A stretch of DNA of 64,000 nt from an uncultured Bacillus sp. (GCA_947085265.1 CAMTVR010000012.1:348912-412911), one strand, 5' to 3'. Shown: positions 28,868-38,914, counted from the first letter of the stretch. Program-made: numbers and translations. The notes: generated by a model not told the origin, from the sequence alone.

Positions 28868-29908
28868 TTACCTTGTTCCCAAATGAAACATGGGAATCAG
28901 CAATGAGATCATCATCATTCCCATGACGCTGCCAACACAAAAAATCAAGAGGGGTTCAAACAACTTGACAACAAGTCGATTCTCATCAACGATCCGCTGC
29001 GCAAACCGATCACGTAACAAGTCCAGTGTATTCGCAAGCCTGCCTGATTCTTCGGCAATCATCAATATCTCAGGCAGCAGTGGATCAAAAAAATGCCGGT
29101 AATGGAACAAAGATTGACTGAACAACTGTCCCCGTTCCAGTTCTCGCTTGAGTACCTGAAATGCCTGACGAACTCCTGTCCATGGACTGCTCCGAGCAAG
29201 GATGTCACAGGCCGTGTTCAACGACACGCCGTTATTCAGCATCAGACCAAGTTGCTGTACCAAATAATGGCTATTACGCAGTTTCAGCCAACGCCCGATG
29301 AGCGGCAATCGATAGACGACCTTTTGTTGTACAGAAATTCCCAATCTCGTTCGCGACAAAATCCAAAGGGGCAGGATGAGACCAATGATCAGAAACGGAA
29401 GGAGCAAACCGTAGCGCCGGAACAGCTGACCATAATGGAGCAACATCGATGTCCACCATGGCAACTCCACTTGCATCGCTTCATATAAGAGACGAAATTG
29501 TGGCAACACAAAAAGGAGGAGAAAGAAAAAAGCGGCGATTGTTAGCAGCAATACAAACAGCGGATAGGCCGACGCCTGCCTGAGTCGTGATGTTAAAAAT
29601 GCCTGTTGGCGATAATAACGGGCCAATTCTTGCAACGCATGCACATATCCACCATAAACCTCTGAGGCGCGGATCAAAGCTACAAACATGGGAGAAAATC
29701 CAGCCTGTTCCAACGCAAGCGAAAAAGAGGCGCCCCGTTCCAGATGACGTAACACCCGCTTGATCTGTGCCCGTGGAAACCAACTACTCTTGCTCAACAG
29801 GGTCAAAGTTTCCCGCAAAGGAACGCCGCATCGCAACATCTCAGCCGACTGTTCCGCAAACCAGGCCCACTGGTCTGCTTTCATCTTCCGCAAGCGTTCT
29901 TGTTTCAA
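28868..29908 (-). CDS. comGB: competence protein ComGB (GspF-like platform protein)
   Basis: 346 aa, polytopic, with GspF-type repeats. Confidence 0.8.
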   Translation of the reverse strand: MKQERLRKMKADQWAWFAEQSAEMLRCGVPLRETLTLLSKSSWFPRAQIKRVLRHLERGASFSLALEQAGFSPMFVALIRASEVYGGYVHALQELARYYRQQAFLTSRLRQASAYPLFVLLLTIAAFFFLLLFVLPQFRLLYEAMQVELPWWTSMLLHYGQLFRRYGLLLPFLIIGLILPLWILSRTRLGISVQQKVVYRLPLIGRWLKLRNSHYLVQQLGLMLNNGVSLNTACDILARSSPWTGVRQAFQVLKRELERGQLFSQSLFHYRHFFDPLLPEILMIAEESGRLANTLDLLRDRFAQRIVDENRLVVKLFEPLLIFCVGSVMGMMMISLLIPMFHLGTR

Positions 29909-30996
29909 GAGTTGGCCGCTCCTTTCTCCGACCCATTCACCGGATCCAAGAGCACGGTTGGCTGTCGGCTAAATTGGGGAGAAGTATAAAGCAGCCGTCT
30001 CTCTGTGGCCTGTTCACGAATCCGTGAGGCAGATGGCGAGGTCATCAGCAATTCCCGTAACACCGCGTCGAAGAGGAGCAATTGAAATGTGCCGGTTCGT
30101 CCGTCATAACCAGTTCCGCCGCACTGCCTACACTTTCGCTCCAAGCCCTGGCAAGCAGTGCAGATTTTCCGCAACAACTTTTGTGCTAACACAGCATTCA
30201 TTCCCGATGCGACCAGATAGGGCTCAACCCCCATTTCAATCAAGCGAATCGGAGCTTGGCATGCATCTGCTGTATGTAACGTAGACAAAACGAGATGGCC
30301 TGTCAGCGCCGCCCGGAGACACAATGTTGCTGTTTCTGTATCGCGGATTTCGCCCACGAGGATGACATTTGGATCCTGCCGCAAAATGGCGCGTAATCCA
30401 TTGGTGAAATCCAATCCGGATAACCGATTGATTTGCACCTGCTGCACCCCTTCGAGGCGATATTCGACCGGATCTTCCAGGGTAACCACATTGAATTGTC
30501 TCCGATTGAGTTGTTGCAGCACCGTATACAGGGTGGTGGTTTTTCCAGACCCAGCCGCCCCTGTCACCAGAATCAATCCCGGGTTTTCCAAAGAGCGACG
30601 AAAGTGATTTTCAATGCGCGAATTCATCCCCAGATCGGAAAAACGAGAAAATTGTTGTCCCGACAAAATTCTTAGTACCAGTTTTTCACCTTCGGTAATC
30701 GGGAGTGTGGACAGCCGGACATTTACCTTCTGCTCATCGCCGTTCCAAACGAATGAACCGTCTTGCGGCAGGCGCTGCTGGCCAATGTCCAATCCAGCCA
30801 ACAGTTTCAAGCGGGAAGAAACGGTCAAGTAAAAACCTTTATCCTCCACGACTTCAATTGTCCGGAGCAATCCATCCACTCTCGCCCGCACCTGATATCC
30901 TTTTTCAATCGGCTCCAGATGCAGATCACTGGCGCGAAGCTTGAGAGCCTGTCGCAACAGGTGATCGACGTAAGTAACCGGCTCTCGCGCGAGCAA
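29905..30996 (-). CDS. comGA: competence ATPase ComGA (GspE/PilB family)
   Basis: Walker A 'VTGAAGSGKTTTLY', Walker B 'LVGEIRD' and a Cys tetrad 'CTACQG...CRQCGGTG' are all present. Confidence 0.88.
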   Translation of the reverse strand: MLAREPVTYVDHLLRQALKLRASDLHLEPIEKGYQVRARVDGLLRTIEVVEDKGFYLTVSSRLKLLAGLDIGQQRLPQDGSFVWNGDEQKVNVRLSTLPITEGEKLVLRILSGQQFSRFSDLGMNSRIENHFRRSLENPGLILVTGAAGSGKTTTLYTVLQQLNRRQFNVVTLEDPVEYRLEGVQQVQINRLSGLDFTNGLRAILRQDPNVILVGEIRDTETATLCLRAALTGHLVLSTLHTADACQAPIRLIEMGVEPYLVASGMNAVLAQKLLRKICTACQGLERKCRQCGGTGYDGRTGTFQLLLFDAVLRELLMTSPSASRIREQATERRLLYTSPQFSRQPTVLLDPVNGSEKGAANS

Positions 30997-31103
30997 TCGG
31001 ATCCCTCCTTGTCTGTCGTTTGGTAAGATTCACATATCGATTTTTTCGACATTTAAACAAAAAATCCTTCTCCACCCGACATCAAGAAGTCTTTTGTCGT
31101 TGA

Positions 31104-32063
31104 ATGATAGACACGAAATTTCCAATCATCGCCTCTAGCTGTCGGTACAGGATTTTCTGTATAGTAAAGATATCTGTAGTGATACAGTGGAGAGGAGTTG
31201 TATGTGTGTTCATCGGGATTATCGCTGCCATCCTGTTTATTGGTCTCTTGCTGTATTTGTATGCGCATCGCGCCACCTATCGGCCTCATGTAAAGCAATT
31301 AACGATACCGGTCACGAAAAAACAGGACATTCCAGATTTCCATGAAAACAAATTGCGCATTCTGCATTTGACTGATTTGCATATGGAAAAGATTTCAATA
31401 TCTCCCGAAAAACTCAAAAAACAAATCCAGGATCGTCCCGTGGATTTGATTGCTCTCACCGGGGACTTCCTGGATCGTGTCGAATCTATCGAAAAATTGC
31501 GCCCCTATTTCACCGTGTTGCAAGAACTAAAACCATCTTTGGGAACCTATGCCGTCTTGGGAAACCATGATTATGTGCTCCGGGGAAAGGATTTTGCCAA
31601 GTTACTGAACGTGTTTCAAGAAATGAACATCGTCCTCCTGCGGAATGAGAACAGACGCATCACTTGCGGGGAGAAAGTTCTGTCGATCATCGGCATCGAC
31701 GATGCATATTCCGGCCATGATGATGTCAAACAGGCATTTCAGGGAGTAGGACCTGAGGACATTCGCCTCGTGTTGAGCCACGATCCACATATCGTGCTGA
31801 AGATGGAAGCCTACCCTTACGACTATCTCCTTTCAGGTCACTTCCATGGCGGACAAATCCACTGGCCGAAGGCGTATCATTTAAGCAGAATGGGACCGCT
31901 TCCCCAATTGAACATTATCAAGGGACTGCATTATTATCGGAACAGGCCCTTTTATATCAGCGAAGGTCTGGGGCAGACAGGCATTAACATCCGCCTGCGT
32001 TCGCGGCCGGAAATCACGTTCCATCATTTAGTCGGAATTGACATTTCAAAGGCTGGAAGATGA
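31104..32063 (+). CDS. calcineurin-like metallophosphoesterase, membrane-anchored (YkoQ-like)
   Basis: 'LHLTDLHM', 'GDFLD' and 'GNHDY' are phosphoesterase motifs. An N-terminal TM helix is present. The start is probably downstream of 31104. Confidence 0.7.
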   Translation: MIDTKFPIIASSCRYRIFCIVKISVVIQWRGVVCVFIGIIAAILFIGLLLYLYAHRATYRPHVKQLTIPVTKKQDIPDFHENKLRILHLTDLHMEKISISPEKLKKQIQDRPVDLIALTGDFLDRVESIEKLRPYFTVLQELKPSLGTYAVLGNHDYVLRGKDFAKLLNVFQEMNIVLLRNENRRITCGEKVLSIIGIDDAYSGHDDVKQAFQGVGPEDIRLVLSHDPHIVLKMEAYPYDYLLSGHFHGGQIHWPKAYHLSRMGPLPQLNIIKGLHYYRNRPFYISEGLGQTGINIRLRSRPEITFHHLVGIDISKAGR

Positions 32064-33181
32064 AGGTAATCCAAAATAATTCCGGAAGACTGCAAGGAGG
32101 CATAGGGTTTACCCAATCTCCCTGCAGCTTCCCGCATGACATCCAATACCTCAGGACGTCGCATCACTTGCTTGACAATCTCCGCCACATCGTCCAGTTC
32201 CTTCGCTTTAAAGGCCACCCGTTGATTGACGAGAAAACGGCTGTTCCGCTCTTCCTGGCCAGGGATTGGCTGGAGGATTAAAAGGGGAAGGCCGATTGCC
32301 AATGCTTCCGAAACGCTCAGGCCCCCCGGCTTTGAGATCATCAGGTCAGCCGCCAGCATAAACTCCTCCATATTGTCCACAAACCCGTATAAGTGAATGC
32401 GATGCCGGCTATTGGCTGCCATCTCCATCAGTTTGACATACATTTCTGTATTCTGCCCTGTAATCACTCCGATCGCAAACGGCTCATCCAGAGTATCCAA
32501 CGCTTCCACCACTTGGTCCAAGGGGCCATATCCGGTCCCTCCACCCGTTATCAAGAAAAAGAATTCATCATCCGCGATTCCCATGCGTTGGCGCAGCTTT
32601 TTCCTGTCCTGTGTGCGCAGAATCGGGGCAAACTTCAGATCGATCGGAATGCCTGTGACATGGATTCTGTGGGCAGCGATGTCAAACCGTTCGACCAACT
32701 TCTGTTTTAATTGTTCGTTGCTGACCAGATAAAAGTCGACTCCCTCATGAACCCAAAATCCATTGAGATCAAAATCGGTGATCACAGCCCCGAGGATAAA
32801 GGAAGGCCTTTTCTGTTTGAGAAAACCAAAGGCGCCTACTGAAAAGGCATGGGTACAAATCACCACATCCGGCTGTTCTTCATCCAGTAATGCCTCCAGT
32901 TTCACCGCCACCGTGCGAGCCAGTCCTTCCTTTAATAAAGAACTGGTCACCCGCTCACTCTCATAGGCCCACCCCCACATTTTGGGTGCCACTTTGAGTG
33001 TGTTCATATAAACTTTGCGAACAGTCCTTTCCAGCGCTGAACTGATCAAAGGCATGGTCGTGACCAGTTTGGTTTCCACATGAGGTGCGACCAACTGCAT
33101 CGCTTGCTGAATCGCCTCTGCTGCACGCAGATGGCCATAGCCGGCGATGGTTTCAGTGACGAGCAACACTTTTCGTCGCAT
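32024..33181 (-). CDS. MGDG-synthase-family glycosyltransferase (UgtP/YkoN-like diacylglycerol glycosyltransferase)
   Basis: 385 aa. N-terminal 'LLVTETIAGYGHLRAAEAI' and a C-terminal GT-B 'PGGLSVSEALAIGLPLLILQPIPGQEERN' match the family. Confidence 0.75.
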   Translation of the reverse strand: MRRKVLLVTETIAGYGHLRAAEAIQQAMQLVAPHVETKLVTTMPLISSALERTVRKVYMNTLKVAPKMWGWAYESERVTSSLLKEGLARTVAVKLEALLDEEQPDVVICTHAFSVGAFGFLKQKRPSFILGAVITDFDLNGFWVHEGVDFYLVSNEQLKQKLVERFDIAAHRIHVTGIPIDLKFAPILRTQDRKKLRQRMGIADDEFFFLITGGGTGYGPLDQVVEALDTLDEPFAIGVITGQNTEMYVKLMEMAANSRHRIHLYGFVDNMEEFMLAADLMISKPGGLSVSEALAIGLPLLILQPIPGQEERNSRFLVNQRVAFKAKELDDVAEIVKQVMRRPEVLDVMREAAGRLGKPYASLQSSGIILDYLHLPAFEMSIPTK

Positions 33182-33761
33182 AGCTGTCCTCCTGTTGACC
33201 CCCGTATTTTTGGTACAATTGCTCCTTGGTCATGAACACTTGCTTGACCCGCAATTTTTCTGGATTGCGCTGCAAGCGGTGCTTCCCTTCGGGATGGCAC
33301 ATCCACAGCATCCATAACAAGTAACCATTTTTCATGTGATTGTAAAAAGTGGGGGGCATTTCCGCAATCGAAAAACCAAGCTGGGAGGCACCGCGATAAA
33401 GGATGGTTGTCCCCACAATCCCCTTGATGAGCGGTTCGTCAGGATGCGTCCGCACATAATAGGCCAAACCGGGCAGAGAACGCCGGATTTCTTTCAACGT
33501 GTACAGTCCTAAACGGTTCTGATGGGTAATCCCTTTTAGTTTTTGCATGAGAAGACAATTATGCAGATGAATTTTACAGATGAGATCTCCGGCTTGAATG
33601 TTCTGGCCATCCGAAGCAAGCAAAGGTTTCCCTGAATAACGGAGAATCTGAACGCGAAAAAGATTATCTTCTGCCGAATTGACAGGATGAAGTTTCACCA
33701 TCTGTTGATACGCTTGGTCCAAAATCTGCCAAACCTGTAACAATGCGGCATTCAAGGCCAA
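33153..33761 (-). CDS. hypothetical protein (YkoP-like by position)
   Basis: It overlaps the glycosyltransferase gene. No motif was recognised. Confidence 0.35.
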   Translation of the reverse strand: MALNAALLQVWQILDQAYQQMVKLHPVNSAEDNLFRVQILRYSGKPLLASDGQNIQAGDLICKIHLHNCLLMQKLKGITHQNRLGLYTLKEIRRSLPGLAYYVRTHPDEPLIKGIVGTTILYRGASQLGFSIAEMPPTFYNHMKNGYLLWMLWMCHPEGKHRLQRNPEKLRVKQVFMTKEQLYQKYGGQQEDSYATKSVARH

Positions 33762-33866
33762 AACGCTCCTTCCTCATTCCGTTCTCACTGCACATCTCAC
33801 ACGTTCAGTATCCACCGGAGAAAGGAGCTTCATACAAGTAAAGAAGTCCTTCACAAGGAAACCGCA

Positions 33867-35092
33867 TTAAAAATACTGGAATTCCTTTTTATGCTGTCCC
33901 GGGTAAAACCATGCCGATTCCACTTGTTCAACGGCGCGATGAACGAGACCATCCACATCCAGGTTTTGTTCTGCCCGTTCCGCCATCTCCGGCCTGGGTC
34001 GGGTTTTGGGCGACTTCGGGGTAAAAATGGTGCAACAATCCTCATAAGGCAGAATGGAGGTTTCGTAGGTGCCGATTTGTTTCGCAAGCGCGATGATTTC
34101 CTGTTTATCGTAAGCAACGACAGGCCTGAGCACCGGCAGGCGAGTGACCTGATTGATCGTCAACATGCTTTCCAACGTCTGGCTGGCCACCTGCCCGAGG
34201 CTTTCCCCTGTCGCGATGGCCAAAGCCCGGTATTTCAATGCCAGCCGCTCAGCGATGCGCAACATCATCCGGCGCATGATGGTAATCCCTAGAGATTCTG
34301 GGCAAGTTTTGCGGATTTCGGTCTGAATCTCTGTAAAGGGGACGATATGCAGTCGGATTTTTCCGCCATACCGCGTGAGAATCTGTACCAGATCCTCCAC
34401 TTTTTTTCGCGACTGTTCACTGGTAAAGGGAAAACTGTGAAAGTGGACGGCCTCCAGCCGGACCCCCCGTTTCATCGTCAACCACCCGGCAACCGGACTG
34501 TCGATGCCGCCGGATAGCATGAGCAGCGCTTTCCCGCTGCTGCCGACAGGCAGACCACCCGCCCCCGGCATAGCATCGGAAAACAAAAAGGCTCCTTCCT
34601 GTCGAATTTCAATATGAATCTCCAGTTCCGGTTCATTTAAATCCACTGTAAGCGGCGCATGAGACTTCAAAATCCTCCCACCTTGCGGCTGATCTCCATG
34701 GAGGTGAGCGGAAAGCTTTTATCCACGCGCCGCGTCTGCACCTTAAAGGTGGTCCCTGAATCAGCGCCTCTTTCCTCCAATTGGCGCATGACCAGCTTAT
34801 AAGCTGCCTCTTGTATCGCAGAAAGCTCAAGTTCTGCTTCCTCCACAAAGCTGAATGAAGAGATGCCGAAAACACATTTGAGGCGTCCCGCCACCTCATC
34901 CGAAAGCGCTTCCGGCACCAGAACATACAGCCGCCCATACGTTTTCTGAATTTCCGCTTCCTCCAGGTCGGACAGTCCATCCTTCATGTTCTGGATCAGC
35001 TGCCGTTCAAAATCACCGCGGTTTTTTCCTTTCAACGCCAGTTCCCCAAACCGGATCATGATGCGCTTTTTCATCCCTTCACCTCGCTCCAT
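33867..35092 (-). pseudogene. thiI: tRNA 4-thiouridine synthase ThiI, split by -1 frameshift at a 4-nt homopolymer (~34668-34671)
   Basis: ORF 34667..35092 encodes the THUMP N-domain ('IMIRFGELALKGKNRGDFE'). ORF 33867..34670 encodes the PP-loop domain ('LMLSGGIDSPVAG'). Inserting one T in the minus-strand 'TTTT' fuses them as '...SRKVGGFLKSHAPLTVDL...'. Confidence 0.6.
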
Positions 35093-36219
35093 TCCCTGAG
35101 TTGCTTGACCGTCTCTTTCAAGATCCGCACCGCCTCCTTCACCTCATCCACGGTATTTGAGTAACTGAGGCTGACCCGTATCGAACTGCTGGCGCGCTCC
35201 TCATCCATGCCCATCGCCAAAAGGACGCGGCTCCGTTTTTGCCGGCGCGCCGAACAGGCTGACAATGTCGATACGTAAACCCCTTTCTTCTCCAGGGCAT
35301 GAATCAGCACTTCAGGCTTAATCCCGGCAAAAGAGACGTTCAAAATGTGCGGCGCGCCATCGGGCGGGCTGTTCAGTGCCGCTTCCGGGATTTCCCGCAT
35401 GCCATCCACCAGGATGCCTCGCAACTGCTGAAGATAACCCGCCCTGTCCTTTCGCAGCTGTTCCGTGCGGCGCATGGCTTGCACCATGCCGACGATACCG
35501 GGCAGATTTTCCGTACCGGATCGCACCCCACGCTCCTGACCGCCACCTGCCAAAAGCGGGGACAGGGCAAGCCCCCGGCGCAAGTATAATAACCCAACGC
35601 CGCGCGGCCCATGAAATTTGTGCGCCGACAAGCTAAGCAGATCAATCCCCCAAGACGTTAAATCCAGCGGCAACTTGCCAAATCCCTGGACCGCATCTAC
35701 ATGGAAGAGCACCTTGCGACGCGCTTTCAACAGTTTGCCAATTTCCTTGAGCGGCTGAATCGAACCGGTCTCGTTGTTGACCCAGATGATGCTCACGAGA
35801 ATCGTGTCGTCGCGCAAAGCGCGCTTTAGATCTTCTAAACAAATCACCCCGTTTCGATCCACCGGGATGCGGGTCACTTCAAAGCCAAAATCTGTCAGTT
35901 GCTCCAGGGGTTGATCGACAGAAGGATGTTCGACTGCCGTGGCAATCAGATGTTTTCCCCGGCGAGCGTACTGAATGGCGGAACCCTTGATTGCCAAATT
36001 GTTGCTTTCGGTCGCCGAAGAGGTAAAAATGATTTCATCCGCCTCGACGCGCAATAGGCGTGATGCCACGTGGCGGGCTTCTGTTAACAGGCGATTTGCT
36101 TCTTCTCCCTTGGCGTGCAGCGCGGAAGGATTGGCAAAATAACGTTCCATCACATCTTGAACGGTTTGAATCACTTCCGGATACGGCTTGGTGGTTGCGC
36201 TGTTATCTAGATAGATCAT
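35071..36219 (-). CDS. nifZ: cysteine desulfurase (NifZ/IscS class)
   Basis: 382 aa with the 'SLSAHKFHGPRGVG' PLP-Lys region. It overlaps the thiI 5' end, as in the nifZ-thiI operon. Confidence 0.88.
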   Translation of the reverse strand: MIYLDNSATTKPYPEVIQTVQDVMERYFANPSALHAKGEEANRLLTEARHVASRLLRVEADEIIFTSSATESNNLAIKGSAIQYARRGKHLIATAVEHPSVDQPLEQLTDFGFEVTRIPVDRNGVICLEDLKRALRDDTILVSIIWVNNETGSIQPLKEIGKLLKARRKVLFHVDAVQGFGKLPLDLTSWGIDLLSLSAHKFHGPRGVGLLYLRRGLALSPLLAGGGQERGVRSGTENLPGIVGMVQAMRRTEQLRKDRAGYLQQLRGILVDGMREIPEAALNSPPDGAPHILNVSFAGIKPEVLIHALEKKGVYVSTLSACSARRQKRSRVLLAMGMDEERASSSIRVSLSYSNTVDEVKEAVRILKETVKQLREWSEVKG

Positions 36220-36449
36220 TCGGACCCCTCGTTATTTTCCAGTTCTTGATCTTGATGTTTATCATAACATACAGCAACGCCTCATCTCTAATTCTAATCT
36301 TTCGAGTCCCTCATACAACCATGATCTTGAACGGATTCAATCGGCAGTGTATGTGTTGGCGGATTGGTTTTGAAATGCAGAAGATGGTAATATATCTAGT
36401 GAAAATTGGACAAGAGGGATGACAAGAGGGATAAATTCATCTTGAGGAC

Positions 36450-37868
36450 GTGAATCAAATGCTGTCAAACGAACAGAAACGGCGTCTACGGCAACTGCCA
36501 TCCGTCAACCGGCTGCTTCAGGATGAGCGGTTGAGACAATGGGGTGAAATGACTTCCCCCCGCTGGGTATCGGAAGGGGTCGGTCAATACCTGGACAAAC
36601 TTCGTCGTCAGTTGCTCGCCGGGCAAGAGATGAGCATCCCTTCAGATGATCAGTTAATTGATGCGATTATCTCAGATCTCAAAAAGAAGGCACGCCCCAA
36701 TCTGCGCCGTGTCATTAACGGCACAGGCGTCGTGCTCCACACGAACCTGGGACGGGCCAAGATGGCGGATGCGGCTTGTCAAGCCATACTGGAAGCGGCA
36801 AAACACTTTAACAACCTGGAATACAATCTGGAGGAAGGGAGACGAGGCTCCCGGTATGAACACGTAGAGGCCTTGCTTTGTCAGTTAACGGGAGCCGAGG
36901 CAGCCCTGGTTGTCAACAATAACGCCGCTGCAGTATTTCTGGTGCTTCGCGAGCTGGCCGCAGATAAAGAAGTGATTGTCTCGCGTGGGGAATTGGTTGA
37001 GATCGGCGGCTCATTCCGAGTCTCTGAGATCATGGCGGAAAGCGGAGCGCGTCTGGTGGAGGTCGGGACGACCAACAAAACCCATCCGCAAGATTACATC
37101 AAGCATATCTCGGCAGAAACGGCACTGATCATGAAGGTCCACCGGAGTAACTTCAAGACGATCGGTTTTACCGCTGAAGTGGATGCTGCAGAACTGGTGC
37201 AGATCGGTCAGGAACATCAGATACCGATTTATGAAGATCTGGGCAGCGGTGTGTTGTTTGATCTCAGGCTCTACGGCATTGGCGATGAGCCGACCGTGCA
37301 AGAGGTGGTCAAAAAAGGAGTGGACGTGGTCAGTTTCAGCGGGGACAAGCTCCTCGGTGGTCCACAGGCAGGGATCATTGTGGGACGGAAAGCGCTGATT
37401 GATCGCTTGAAAAAAAATCAGCTCAATCGTGCCCTGCGTGTCGACAAGTTCACACTGGCCGCCCTGGAAGCTACACTCCGCTTATACCTGTTTCCTGAAG
37501 AGGCCAAACAAGCCATCCCCACATTGCAGATGATTCTCTCCCCGAGTGAATTGTTGCGCGAAAAGGCGGAAACCCTGCGACAAAAGTTGCTGGAACCGCT
37601 ATCCGGTTTGGCGGACGTCGGCATTGAACAGGGGAGCTCGGAAGTGGGTGGGGGGTCTCTGCCGGATGTCAGCCTGCCCACCTGGCTGGTCTGGATTCAG
37701 CCAAGTTCCATCAGTCTGCCCCAATTCGAGCACGCGTTGCGGACTGGAGAACCGCCTGTGATTGGCCGTCTTTGGCGAGAGAAGTTCTGGTTGGATATGA
37801 GAACCATTGAAGCCGATGAAATCACGGAGTGTGCAAATCGCGTCATCAAGGCCTTGCAGAAGGCATGA
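36450..37868 (+). CDS. selA: L-seryl-tRNA(Sec) selenium transferase
   Basis: 472 aa with the 'SFSGDKLLGGPQAGIIVGRK' PLP-Lys region and 'GSFRVSEIM', typical of SelA. selC and selB lie nearby. Confidence 0.9.
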   Translation: MNQMLSNEQKRRLRQLPSVNRLLQDERLRQWGEMTSPRWVSEGVGQYLDKLRRQLLAGQEMSIPSDDQLIDAIISDLKKKARPNLRRVINGTGVVLHTNLGRAKMADAACQAILEAAKHFNNLEYNLEEGRRGSRYEHVEALLCQLTGAEAALVVNNNAAAVFLVLRELAADKEVIVSRGELVEIGGSFRVSEIMAESGARLVEVGTTNKTHPQDYIKHISAETALIMKVHRSNFKTIGFTAEVDAAELVQIGQEHQIPIYEDLGSGVLFDLRLYGIGDEPTVQEVVKKGVDVVSFSGDKLLGGPQAGIIVGRKALIDRLKKNQLNRALRVDKFTLAALEATLRLYLFPEEAKQAIPTLQMILSPSELLREKAETLRQKLLEPLSGLADVGIEQGSSEVGGGSLPDVSLPTWLVWIQPSSISLPQFEHALRTGEPPVIGRLWREKFWLDMRTIEADEITECANRVIKALQKA

Positions 37869-37927
37869 CATCATGAAAAAAGGCTGACCCTTCGAGCCAA
37901 CCGAGAAGGAGCAGTCCCTGTTTAGGA

Positions 37928-38248
37928 TTATCTCGCGCGCGTGTTGCCTGGCGGGCGGCGGTTGATCGTATCACCCAAAACGCCATCATTGTCCGGTCCG
38001 ATGTCGTTGTCCATGAATCCGTTGTTGTCCACATCCATCGGCCTCACCCGATCTCTGCCCATCCAATCATTCCAGCGATTTCCTGTTCGCTCGAATCCTC
38101 CATTATTCGGAGCGTACATGTCATTCGGATAATTAGTGCGATCGGTTGTTCCCGCATCATCAGCAGGTCTTTGTTGAGGTGCGCATCCAGGAAGGAACAT
38201 CAATACCAAAGCTGCGATGGTGACAAGACTTGCCACTTTTTTCACCAA
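37928..38248 (-). CDS. small secreted lipoprotein, N/D/G-rich
   Basis: A signal peptide with lipobox 'LPGCA' is followed by a low-complexity mature region. Confidence 0.45.
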   Translation of the reverse strand: MVKKVASLVTIAALVLMFLPGCAPQQRPADDAGTTDRTNYPNDMYAPNNGGFERTGNRWNDWMGRDRVRPMDVDNNGFMDNDIGPDNDGVLGDTINRRPPGNTRAR

Positions 38249-38340
38249 AAAAGATCGCCTCCTCTTAGCATTTATCTCGGATAAACCCTGATACGGATGA
38301 ACCCACAGATAGTATGAAGCGAGGAGGCTTTCCCTATACT

Positions 38341-38742
38341 CTAATCTTTTTCAAACAACTCAAGCTGTTTATCAATGGCATACCAGATGATCATCTGGTA
38401 TAGCTCACGAACCATTTGATCGTCAAGGCCACGCTCTTTCGCACAATGGGCCACATGATCCAAAATTTCCTTGTGGCGCAAAGAAGTGGAAAGGCTGGTC
38501 ACCGCCTCGGCGTTTTCCTTCAGCAGGGCGATCTGCCGAATCAGATCCATTCTTCTCTTCAGCGCGTCTACAATCTCTTCATCCACCTGATCCACCTGTT
38601 TCCTGAGCGCGTAAATTTTTTCAAGCGTGTTCCCATCCAGATGAACCATGGCGGACCATCCTTTCATATGCGCTAACATTGCAGCATCTGCTACGCTACT
38701 TACTTTCAAAAAATCATAATCGGAGTGGATTGTCAACGACAT
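38341..38742 (-). CDS. chorismate mutase (AroQ class) domain protein
   Basis: 'LRKQVDQVDEEIVDALKRRMDLIRQIALLK' matches the CM_2 helix 1. An N-terminal extension of about 40 aa is present, or the start is internal. Confidence 0.6.
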   Translation of the reverse strand: MSLTIHSDYDFLKVSSVADAAMLAHMKGWSAMVHLDGNTLEKIYALRKQVDQVDEEIVDALKRRMDLIRQIALLKENAEAVTSLSTSLRHKEILDHVAHCAKERGLDDQMVRELYQMIIWYAIDKQLELFEKD

Positions 38743-38749
38743 AAAAGGA

Positions 38750-38781
38750 AAATTTGATCTTTTACCCGAATCATCCTATAA
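38750..38781 (+). promoter_or_regulatory. sigma-A-type promoter for selC
   Basis: TTGATC, 17 nt, then TATAAT. The -10 ends about 16 nt upstream of the tRNA 5' end. Confidence 0.5.
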
Positions 38782-38797
38782 TCGATACGTGGAATTT

Positions 38798-38893
38798 GGG
38801 GGCGGATGAGGGTCTGGTGTCCTCCGCGGTCTTCAAAACCGATCGGGACGGCAGGTGCCGTCTGGTGGGTTCGATTCCCACACGCTCCCGCCA
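38798..38893 (+). tRNA. selC: tRNA-Sec (anticodon UCA)
   Basis: The acceptor stem pairs GGGGGCG with CGCUCCC, followed by G and CCA. The anticodon loop is 'cUUCAaa'. A long extra arm reads 'GACGGCAggUGCCGUC'. The T-arm is 'GUGGGUUCGAUUCCCAC'. Total length is 96 nt. Confidence 0.88.
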
Positions 38894-38914
38894 ATATTGA
38901 TATGATTCGTTAAA

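Noticed and set aside
33867-35092. Interpreting the two thiI ORFs as separate genes (stand-alone THUMP protein + PP-loop ATPase)
   Set aside because: The 4-nt overlap falls in a homopolymer, and a single-base correction gives a contiguous, full-length ThiI. A frameshift or sequencing error is the more economical explanation.
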